Under the pieces are notes generated by a model, which was not told the DNA's origin, did not search any database, and saw only the letters and a list, made by a program, of their open reading frames with translations. A program made the translations under genes and the position numbers. From assembly GCF_003018255.1 (NCBI RefSeq), contig NZ_CP027441.1: DNA of 64,000 nt; one strand, given 5' to 3'. The stretch is from Escherichia coli. Its GTDB lineage: Bacteria > Pseudomonadota > Gammaproteobacteria > Enterobacterales > Enterobacteriaceae. The number at the start of each line of letters is the position of its first letter. Position 1 is the stretch's first letter. Below, in pieces: positions 39,213 through 48,600 of the stretch.

Positions 39213-40799
39213 ATGTCTGAATCCCGCAGCAATTTTCCAGCACGACATGGTACTCCATGGAATACTGAAGAGTTACAGCGTCTTCTCGTATCCATAGCGG
39301 AGGGCCTCTCGCTAAAAAAACTTACTCAAACACATCAACGATCGTCCGGGGGAATACGTGGAGCAATCAAACGCCTGCTTCCTTCTGAGTTTCTTGAGTT
39401 CAACGATATAAACACTGTGAATGATCTCAGCAATTACTTCAACAAGATTCCTCGCCAAGAACACAATAGTATCATCAATAATTTAATATCATTGAGCACT
39501 GCAAAAACAATTGCTCATGATAAAGTTGAAATACAAAAGAATAGTTTTAAACAAAATACCCCACTCCCCCTCTGCCAACCCAATACAGATTTTAAAGATT
39601 ATATAGCCGATGAACATGATGTCATTATGCTAATTCATTCTGCTATCGAAAGTTTATCTAATAAACGACATCAATATATTCTTCTAATGCGACTCGGCAC
39701 AGATGATTCACCTCATTCTCTGGCAGATATTGCCGTCAAATTAGGAATTTCCCGTGAAAGGGTAAGACAACTTCAGGAACGAGCCCTTGGCTTACTAGCT
39801 GCTAAATCTCGCTATGAAGGGACACCTGGAGCTTGCCTTAAAGCCCTTATTAACTCAATAGGTAATTCACCATATGATATAGCAGTATGGATTTATCGTA
39901 TTGTTCATCGGGATTTCGTTACATCCTCTGAGTTAGCCGCCAAATTCATTATTTTTACCGCAGGCATTCCTAAAGCAAGACGAGATGAAATAAAAAATTC
40001 GCTCTCATTAATATCACAATTACAAAAGCAGAGGTTACGTGAACGAAGAGCAGAATTAGCACACGCTCGCGCTCAGGAAAGAGCCCGAATCAAGAAAGAA
40101 AGAGTTGAGTTCATATTCAGTAAATGGCTAGACAATACACATTGGCCAAAATATATCGCACCTCCTCCCCCCGTAGAACAGCTATGTTCACAGAGAGCGG
40201 TTAATGATACTGACATATCTGGATTCTTTTACTCTCAAAAATTAGGTCGTACAGTCCAGTACGAATCAGGGCTTGAGTTTAAAATAATGAATCTATTAGA
40301 ATGTTGCGATCAGGTTCTTTTCTATCAAGAACAACCATTTTCTATTCCATATTGTTTTAAAAACAAATCAAAAAAATACTATCCAGATTTACTCATTGCG
40401 ACAGTTGATGGTCGGTGCCTACTTATGGAAGTGAAGCCAACAGACCGAATGACCTTGAGTCTCACGAGAATAAAAAGTAATGCAGGTCGCAAATGGGCAC
40501 ATACTCGAGGATGGGGATGGTTGGTCATTAGTGATAGGTTCTCGTTACGTCAGCTGGAAGAACATGCCATCTCAACAAACACATGGAAACTTATAGAGGC
40601 TGAACTGAAAACATCAAGGATTTTAGCATGGCGTGAAATGATGGAGTTACGTACACGATACGAGATTCATCGTTTAGATCTTATTGCATATATCATTCAG
40701 TCTGGTGCTGAAGTGGATAACTTTTATCGAATTACCCCGAAAATATCTAATAATACATCTAACCAGAGACAACCAAATGAGAGCAACTGTCATAATTGA
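39213..40799 (+). CDS. multi-HTH DNA-binding protein with C-terminal PD-(D/E)XK nuclease-like domain (528 aa)
   Basis: Low-GC gene; N-terminal Myb/GcrA-like segment (PWNTEELQRLL...GLS...IRGAIKRL); central sigma-70 region-4-like HTH (SLADIAVKLGISRERVRQLQERALGLL); C-terminal E...YYPDLLIATVDG...LMEVKP pattern. Confidence 0.6.
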   Translation: MSESRSNFPARHGTPWNTEELQRLLVSIAEGLSLKKLTQTHQRSSGGIRGAIKRLLPSEFLEFNDINTVNDLSNYFNKIPRQEHNSIINNLISLSTAKTIAHDKVEIQKNSFKQNTPLPLCQPNTDFKDYIADEHDVIMLIHSAIESLSNKRHQYILLMRLGTDDSPHSLADIAVKLGISRERVRQLQERALGLLAAKSRYEGTPGACLKALINSIGNSPYDIAVWIYRIVHRDFVTSSELAAKFIIFTAGIPKARRDEIKNSLSLISQLQKQRLRERRAELAHARAQERARIKKERVEFIFSKWLDNTHWPKYIAPPPPVEQLCSQRAVNDTDISGFFYSQKLGRTVQYESGLEFKIMNLLECCDQVLFYQEQPFSIPYCFKNKSKKYYPDLLIATVDGRCLLMEVKPTDRMTLSLTRIKSNAGRKWAHTRGWGWLVISDRFSLRQLEEHAISTNTWKLIEAELKTSRILAWREMMELRTRYEIHRLDLIAYIIQSGAEVDNFYRITPKISNNTSNQRQPNESNCHN

Positions 40800-40895
40800 T
40801 GACGCACAGGACGGAAAAAATAATAGCTGCCGGACAGCAGCAACCAGCAGTCGTCCGGTAAAAAAGACAAACAAGGCGCATTGAGGTCAGCCTTC

Positions 40896-40914
40896 GCAAC
40901 AATCCGGCGGCAGA
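40896..40914 (+). repeat. orphan shufflon-type site GCAACAATCCGGCGGCAGA
   Basis: First 12 nt identical and 16/19 identical to the reverse-strand reading of the site at 13064-13082; sits in a GC-rich 500-bp spacer between low-GC genes. Confidence 0.45.
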
Positions 40915-41422
40915 TGTCCTGCCGCCGTGTTGCCCGTTAACGTTTAACTTCGTAGGCTAACGTTGCCACAAGCACTGTGTTTCCCTGCTCGACACGGAAT
41001 CCGCAAAGCGAATCCCTCACCATCCAGACAAAACACAGTATCGTCACACAGACGACAATTAACATTGTTAAAAACGTTCGTTGTGGCATCGCAGCCCCTC
41101 CATTGCCTTTCGGCCGTCATCGGGCTACTATAATGTTGTCGATGCATTACAGTAGAGCCCTGGGTTGATTGATAAAAAAATCGCCTGGGGCTTTCTGCTG
41201 CATGCCGTCCACAAAACGCTTTCAGCATACAGCCTCAAGCGCCCGCCGCTATTCTAATCGATTTTCAGTCTGCCACAATCGGTTTCCACCTAATGACATG
41301 TAATGCACAACAGTATTTTTACGGGAAACTACACGGCAAGGACTCCCGGAACACGTTCATTATTTTATGGTTACAGACATCATGTTAAATCCGGAAGTAA
41401 TAATGACCTGAAAGGAAATACT

Positions 41423-41665
41423 ATGAGTAACGAATATCAAAGCACCAGTATAAACCCTGATGTTTTTGAACAATTTCTTACCCTCCTGAATACACACTGT
41501 AAATCATCAGAAGCTGCACTTGCTATGCTGAGTACACTCTGCTACGAACTGATGAGGAGGAGTGGGATCCATTCACTGGACAGCCTGATGCTCAACGGAG
41601 AAGGTATATTGATACAATTACAGGGGGCTGATATTCGCGAAAAAACAGGTCAGCATATTCACTGA
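41423..41665 (+). CDS. hypothetical small protein (80 aa)
   Basis: ATG after AGGAAATACT; track ORF 41303..41665 trimmed; no motif. Confidence 0.4.
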   Translation: MSNEYQSTSINPDVFEQFLTLLNTHCKSSEAALAMLSTLCYELMRRSGIHSLDSLMLNGEGILIQLQGADIREKTGQHIH

Positions 41666-41705
41666 TCCAGGGATGTGCTGAAAACAGTGTCAGCCTGAAA
41701 TAAAC

Positions 41706-41738
41706 GCTCAATGCCTCATACACATGGGGCATTGAGCA
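41706..41738. terminator. bidirectional hairpin between convergent genes
   Basis: CTCAATGCC / GGCATTGAG 9-bp inverted repeat. Confidence 0.45.
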
Positions 41739-41757
41739 CGGTCATCAATAATCTTTA

Positions 41758-43314
41758 TTATTTTTCTGATTCAACATTTCCGGTCAGTATCGGCTCTTCT
41801 GGCAAAGACAGTACCGGAACGTCACGTTCACCATTGAATACAAAAACACTTTCAGCGAAATCATTCTGTAACAAAGAAAAACTTAACGGCAGATTTTTAG
41901 TTTGTATCCCTGTGAGCCATTGAAAAATCTCGGGAAAACGACGTGCACTGATATGCACATGATTGAGGTGGTGCTCAGTAATATCACTGGCCATCATCAT
42001 GAGAGGCACATCGTATCCCGAACGCAAACCTGGCGCATGATGCACAGGGGTGCTGTCTGAACTGACGGATTGCCCATGATCAGAAAAATACAGCATGGCA
42101 AAATCATCACCATGCTCTGTCGTCATGTTATAAATTGCCTGAAGAAACCGATCCAGTTTAAGCAGTGTTGATAAATAACAGGATACTTTATGTCCGAATA
42201 ATTCCCTGAATGGCTGTGCATCATTAAAAAGTCGGTCACAGGGATTAGTGTGAGACCCCAGCATATGAATAAAAATCACTTTTGGAGAAGACGAGTTAAC
42301 AGCTTCCCTGACATACTGAAGCATATCCTCATCATCAATGCGAAGGGAAGAAGAGCTCCCTTCCTTAAGAAAATGTTTTTTATCCGCATTGGCGGCGATG
42401 ACAGAAATCAGCGTATCATGTTGCCCTAAAGAGCCCTGATTTGATATCCACCACGTCTCATACCCGGCTTTTCTGGCAAGCGTAACAATATTATTACCCG
42501 GATTACCTGTTTCAGTGTAATCAAGCGTCAGTGTTCTGCTGAGTGAACCTATCGTATTCGGCGCTGCTGAGAAATACCCATTAATAAATATACCCGGAGC
42601 AGAATTCAGCCATGGTGTTGTCGGCAAAGGATACCCATAAACAGAAAGATAATCCCGTCGGACACTTTCACCAATTACGATAATTATGGTTTTATATTTC
42701 TTCTCCACACTCACAATATCCCATGAGTCTTTCTGATTGTTTTTCAGCGATTCATATCGCATCATTTCTTCTCTGGTTTCAGCTATCCCTGTCATTACAT
42801 TCGTAACCATACGTTTTGGCCATGCATTTACTGACAATACGATAAAGAACAACAGAAAGATAAATCCCCGGTGGCTTTTATCACGCTTACGCCAGAACCA
42901 GAATGTAAAAGCAGCAATGACCAGCGAAACAATAAAATAAAGAACAGGTATGCCTGTGATAAACTCACCTGCCTCATTTATATTTGTCTGCATTACAGAC
43001 GCAATAAAACTGTTGTTTATTTTCCCGTAAATCATCCCAACCGGAGCATAGCATGCACTTAACAAAAGAAAGATACAGACACACGTTGCTGAAATAACAT
43101 TCCGCCGCCCCAACAACATCATCAGGAACAATATAAGCACATTCCCCAGGGCGTTTTTCACTGTATATCCGCAGCACCATGTAACAAGTACAGAAAACAA
43201 CAGATAAATCAGTGACTCTTTACACCACAACATAAAATAAAACTGTTTTGCTCTCTCAAAAGCATATTTTGACTTTTCTTTAATACAAGACACGCCGGTC
43301 ATTTTCCTGTACAA
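41758..43314 (-). CDS. sulfatase-family integral membrane enzyme (phosphoethanolamine / phosphoglycerol transferase-like)
   Basis: 518 aa; about five N-terminal transmembrane helices then a soluble domain with IIIVIGESVRRDYLSVYGY and later His/Asp-rich metal-site-like motifs; low-GC; true start may be an internal Met. Confidence 0.65.
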   Translation of the reverse strand: MYRKMTGVSCIKEKSKYAFERAKQFYFMLWCKESLIYLLFSVLVTWCCGYTVKNALGNVLILFLMMLLGRRNVISATCVCIFLLLSACYAPVGMIYGKINNSFIASVMQTNINEAGEFITGIPVLYFIVSLVIAAFTFWFWRKRDKSHRGFIFLLFFIVLSVNAWPKRMVTNVMTGIAETREEMMRYESLKNNQKDSWDIVSVEKKYKTIIIVIGESVRRDYLSVYGYPLPTTPWLNSAPGIFINGYFSAAPNTIGSLSRTLTLDYTETGNPGNNIVTLARKAGYETWWISNQGSLGQHDTLISVIAANADKKHFLKEGSSSSLRIDDEDMLQYVREAVNSSSPKVIFIHMLGSHTNPCDRLFNDAQPFRELFGHKVSCYLSTLLKLDRFLQAIYNMTTEHGDDFAMLYFSDHGQSVSSDSTPVHHAPGLRSGYDVPLMMMASDITEHHLNHVHISARRFPEIFQWLTGIQTKNLPLSFSLLQNDFAESVFVFNGERDVPVLSLPEEPILTGNVESEK

Positions 43315-43493
43315 ACACAGACGATCATTTCAACGCATGGATATTTATATGAAACAGTTCACAAAAATACCCTACCCTGTTCAGCAACATTGACATATTA
43401 TCAGATTCTGTGTTTACAGCAACTGCTCTCCGGACCAGATTATTCACATAACCCGATGAATGACTCATCATCATGATGAGTCTCAGCATTCAT

Positions 43494-43949
43494 TTAGTTA
43501 ACAAAAATATTTCTTGCCTTCCCGGAAAGACAAACATACGAAAGAGAAAGCATGGCTATAATAATATCAATCAAAATATTCTCAATCTTTCCGGTTGTCA
43601 TACACTCAGCACCGACAACATAAAGACAATAAACAAAAGTGATAGCATAGTGCGATATATAAAGGAGATGAATGGCCAGAAGTAATTTTCCTACCACTCT
43701 TTTTCGTTTAAAGAAGGAATAAATGAAGAGCAAACATAACCCTGACAGAAAAAGAAAGGTAGCAATGGAGATTATAAAATACTCCGTCACCTGTGAATCC
43801 TCTTCCAGAGATGAATACAGCGAATAATATGTGGTTGTGAGATTAAGTCTTGTTATCAATATATAAACAACTGATAATAGTATAATATAAAGAATCAGAC
43901 CAAATCTGTTTTTCTGCGCTCCGGTTAATACTTCTGATTTATCTCGCAT
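43494..43949 (-). CDS. hypothetical polytopic small membrane protein (151 aa)
   Basis: Four hydrophobic helices; low-GC; same strand and directly upstream of the sulfatase-family gene. Confidence 0.45.
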   Translation of the reverse strand: MRDKSEVLTGAQKNRFGLILYIILLSVVYILITRLNLTTTYYSLYSSLEEDSQVTEYFIISIATFLFLSGLCLLFIYSFFKRKRVVGKLLLAIHLLYISHYAITFVYCLYVVGAECMTTGKIENILIDIIIAMLSLSYVCLSGKARNIFVN

Positions 43950-44036
43950 AAAATATCCTGTCTGTAATCTGTCCCGGTCAACAACAGTAAACGTCAGAAT
44001 CAGTACGAATACGGTAACAAAGATTCCTCCTGTGCG

Positions 44037-44660
44037 TTAAAGTGCACAGGCAGAAACCAGTCTGGTGGTTCCGGTCAGGGAGTCTGATACCTCAACTTCC
44101 CGGGTGACTATAACCATACCTGACTGACGCAGTCTCTGCACATCAGCGGCAATTCGCTGAGTTCCCGGCCAGAACAGGCCATCCAGTGCCGTTACCAGCA
44201 ACCCGCTTTCCAGCGCCAGTTTCAGCCGTGCCGTCGGGGCTTTAACCTGCCCGGAAATATCAGTAAAACAACGCGTCGTCATGCCATAGCAGTCCAGCCG
44301 CCGTATTCGCGTCGCAAGACTGTAGCTGAAACAATCCGGCACGCCGGATAAGTCATTCCGCAGACTGTATACACATCCCCGCTGCCGCCCGTTGAACAGG
44401 GCTTTTTTCTGGCTGAGTAGCCATTCCCGACGCAGAGTGTCAATCATCTGCGGTGTCCGGGTTAACAGCAGACGAAACGGCAGCTCAAAACTGGTCACAT
44501 CATCAACATTCAGTAATGCTGTCCGCAGTCGCTCCCTGGCTCCAGCCCTGGTCTCCCGGCATTCACGCATGACATAAGCCCACTGACGCATCAGTCGTGG
44601 AGACTCATTCCTCGCCCTGAACTGATATTTCTCAATATGATAATCAATACGTTCCTGCAT
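44037..44660 (-). CDS. hypothetical protein (207 aa), Arg-rich, higher GC than neighbours
   Basis: Clean ORF; size and composition recall YagK/YfjJ-type prophage proteins, but this is not verified. Confidence 0.45.
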   Translation of the reverse strand: MQERIDYHIEKYQFRARNESPRLMRQWAYVMRECRETRAGARERLRTALLNVDDVTSFELPFRLLLTRTPQMIDTLRREWLLSQKKALFNGRQRGCVYSLRNDLSGVPDCFSYSLATRIRRLDCYGMTTRCFTDISGQVKAPTARLKLALESGLLVTALDGLFWPGTQRIAADVQRLRQSGMVIVTREVEVSDSLTGTTRLVSACAL

Positions 44661-44818
44661 ATCGCCACCAGATATCTGTTGTTTACCCAGACACAGTTAT
44701 TAGCCTACAGGAATAAATATCCTCCGTGAAGTCAGGTGCCTCAGAAGATAAAAACATGTATTTTTTCAACGCGTAATATTAACGTCATCCCCATAAAAAT
44801 AAATCAGGAAAATATAAA

Positions 44819-45205
44819 ATGATAAAATATATATTCGCACTCACTCTTCTGCTTTCCGGTTCTGTCTGTGCCGTTCAAATTCAGGGACTCGTTATTCGTG
44901 TGCTGGACGGTGATGCTCTGGAGATATTACAGGCCCGGCACCCCGTGAGGATTCGTCTTGTTAATATTGATGCACCGGAAAAGAAACAGCCTTTTGGGCG
45001 CAGGTCAATGAATCAACTTAAAAGCCTTGTGGTAAATACGCCCGTAACCGTGACATACACACAGACAGACCGCTACGGGCGTATTCCTGGACGGGTATAT
45101 ACCGAAGACGGCATGGAAGTTAACCGCTGGCTGGTACAGCATGGTGCAGCCTGGGTATATCCTGATTTCAACACAGATTACACCCTGCCGGTATACCAGA
45201 GATAG
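44819..45205 (+). CDS. secreted thermonuclease-family (SNase-like) nuclease
   Basis: 128 aa; signal peptide MIKYIFALTLLLSGSVCA; IRLVNIDAPEKKQ matches the Ca-dependent staphylococcal-nuclease active-site region. Confidence 0.65.
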   Translation: MIKYIFALTLLLSGSVCAVQIQGLVIRVLDGDALEILQARHPVRIRLVNIDAPEKKQPFGRRSMNQLKSLVVNTPVTVTYTQTDRYGRIPGRVYTEDGMEVNRWLVQHGAAWVYPDFNTDYTLPVYQR

Positions 45206-45678
45206 GTCAGAACAATGAAGCGGGGTCTGTGAGCAGATAAAAAACCTGTTCCTCCATGGCTGTGGCGAAAAGAAAATAAAAAATGACCGCACAGAATTAC
45301 AAATAAAAAACATCTTGGCGTAATATATATTTTCTCTGCTCCATTATTTTCCCTGTTTACAGTCAGCAAAAAACGCCCGAAGCAAAACAAACACGAATAA
45401 TAAACCTGCCCGATGCATCCATTACAAAAATGAATCCTTCCTCTTATGGAAAATACAGTAACCACAATGAAAAATAAACAGATAAAGATGATACTTATCT
45501 CACAAGGAAAAGCACTGGTGAAAACATAAGGCTCACTTAACTTTTTCACCCTGTAGAATCTTATTTTTTCATGGACATGTTATTTTGTTGATTTTAAAAT
45601 ATCAAAATGAGTGAATGTATCACATCACTCATAAAGTGGATATTATCACGAAACAATCTATTAAATAGCAGATACAAC

Positions 45679-48600
45679 ATGAATAAAATTTACTCACTAA
45701 AATATAGTAGCCTTACTGGTGGGCTTATAGCTGTATCAGAGTTAAGTAAAAAAGTTAAAGGAAAAACAGGCAGAAAATTAATGACTGCTTCCGTTGCTTT
45801 ATCTGTGAGTCTTTCAGCCTTACCCGTAGAGGCATCAACGGTCAGCGCTGAAATACCATATCAGACTTTCCGTGATTTTGCTGAAAATAAAGGCGTATTT
45901 ACACCTGGTGCAACCGGAATTGAAATAAAAGACAAAAATGGAAACCTGACTGGCGTTCTCAATACCCCCATGCTTGACTTCTCCAGTTTGTCTCGAGATG
46001 GTCATACGACGCTGATTCATCCTGGCTATGGTGTTTCTGCAAAACATGGGAGATTGCAGAGTCTTAAGACAGCCACCTTTGGTTATAATGCCGAATATAA
46101 AATAGTTAATAACAATCATGCATCATATGATTTCACAGCTCCACGATATAGTAAATTAGTAACAGAAGTTATTCCAGTTAACACTGGAGATGGGAAATAT
46201 AACGACAGTAAAAAATATACGGCATTTTATAGAGCTGGGGTTGGTGACCAGTATATAAAGGATAAGAAAGGGAATCATACACTCCTGAACAGATATGCCC
46301 CCCAAAATGCTTATCTGACAGGTGGTACTGTCGGCACTCCCTATTATGGACGTGTCAGCAATCAAACTGTTCTCATTAGTTCTCCAGGGAATACATTTAA
46401 TCAAACCCATGGACCTTTGGCAAGTTATGGCCAGTCAGGAGATAGTGGCTCTCCTCTTTATGCATGGGATAACATACAGAACAAATGGGTTCTTGCTGGA
46501 GTTACGTTATATAATGAAGGCGTTAATGGCTCTCGCAACTGGTGGCTGGAACTCCCTAATTCTTTTATAAATGAGACAATAAAAAGTGACTCAAAAGAAA
46601 TTGTTGTAAAAAACAAGAAAGAAGATATCACCTGGAGTTTTGATAAAACTCAGGGCACTGGTGTTATTAATCTTGAAAGAAAAGACCATATAATCAATGG
46701 CCATAAAAACAACAACCCAGATTACGGGGATAATATCGTTTTCTCTGGGGAGGAAGGCGTTATAAACATAAAGAACGATATTGCTCAGGGGGCTGGATTT
46801 ATTCAGTTTAATAACAATTATATCGTATCTACACAAAATAACAGTACATGGACAGGTTCTGGCATCATTGTTAATGATGGAAGTGAAGTATATTGGGGAA
46901 TTAATGGTGTAAAAGATGATAATCTTCACAAACTAGGAAGCGGCAAGCTGATTATTAATGGTAATGGTATAAATACAGGGGGATTAAAAGTAGGTGATGG
47001 CACTGTGTTACTTAGTCAACACAAAGATGCTGAAGGGAGAGTTCAGGCATTTAGTTCTGTAAATATTTCCAGTGGACGTCCTGTTGTTGTGCTGTCAGAT
47101 GATAAGCAGATTAATCCTGATAATATATCATGGGGATACAGAGGTGGTACTCTTGACTTAAATGGGAATAATATTACATTTACCCGGATACAGGCCTCCG
47201 ATTATGGTGCCATCATTACTAACAATAATGATAAGAAATCAATAACCAACCTGAATATTAGCACCCTAAAAGACACTGATATCAATGTTTCCGTTAGTGA
47301 TGTTCATGTGCTTGGCGGAAAAGGAAAACCTGGTGATTTATTTTATGACAGAGGGACAGGCAGATACCTTATTCTGAAAAAAGAAAAGTATTCACCATTT
47401 TTTCAGGATGTAAATAATACCAGCGTCTGGCAATATGTGGGAAAAAACCGTAATGAAGCAATAGCAGTAGTTAAGAGTGAAAAAATCAAAAACAGTAGCA
47501 AACCTTATCTTTTTCATGGGCAATTAAATGGCAACATGGACATTAATATTCAGAGCGGCATGGGCGTTAATACCTTTGCGATAGATGGCTCAGTCAATAT
47601 ACCAAATGGAACTTTAAGTAATAAGTTAGGCAGCCTTATATTCCAGGGACATCCTGTCATTCATGCCGGGGTCGGTGTTTCTGCAGAACAGAATGATTGG
47701 GAGACAAGGTATTTTACCCTCAATACCCTCAATCTGGATGGTTCTGATTTCCATTTATCCCGTAATGCAGTTATGACTGGAAATATTCATGCCACCAACT
47801 CAAGTAAGGTAACGCTGGGTAGTTCAAGTGTTTATGTTGATCGTAATGACGGTACAGGAGAGTCAGTTAACTCAACATCTGCTACAGCGTCAGATATAAA
47901 TGAGAAGGATTTAAGCAAATTTACTGGAGATATTACAGCAGACAACTCAAACATTATCATAAACAATAAATTCGAAGGTGGTGTTTCCGCTGTAAATAAA
48001 AGCGCCATTGATATTCATAGCCAACACGCCGTAATTAACAGATGGAGTGATATATCAGACAACAGTAAACTAACTTTAAAGAAAAATGCAACCCTTACAG
48101 TTAACACTGGATTGGTTAATAAAGGCACTATTGAAATCGGAGAAAATGCGGAGTTAAATCTTCAGGGATATCCGATTGCTGATAAATTCATTCCGTCACT
48201 ACATGACCTGGGGAATGTGAAAATGACGGCGTCAAATGCCACCCTGACGGCAGGTAATTATGCAATGTTCAGCGGTGAGATCACTGCCGATGACGCCACT
48301 GCTGTCAGAGTTAACCTGGGCTCAGAGACATCAACACTCTCTGAATTTAATCCTAATCCGGAACTGACCGACCTGATGTTTGATAAATATAATACATCAT
48401 GGACCGGCAAAATCTCTGCCCTGAAAGGCGATGCATCAATGGTTAATACTGTATGGCGTATGACGGGAGATTCCGGGCTTAATACCCTCAAAACCAGCAA
48501 ATCCCTGACGGTATTCAGCAGTGATAATAAATTCTCCACGCTGACAGTTAATGACCTGACAACCAGTGACAGCACCTTTGTGCTGCGTTCTGACTCTACA

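Noticed and set aside
41758-43314. Possibility that the sulfatase-family gene is an mcr colistin-resistance gene
   Set aside because: The N-terminal and active-site sequences do not match my recollection of MCR-1, and the nucleophile context is GES rather than the Thr-containing motif; kept as a generic phosphoethanolamine-transferase-like call.
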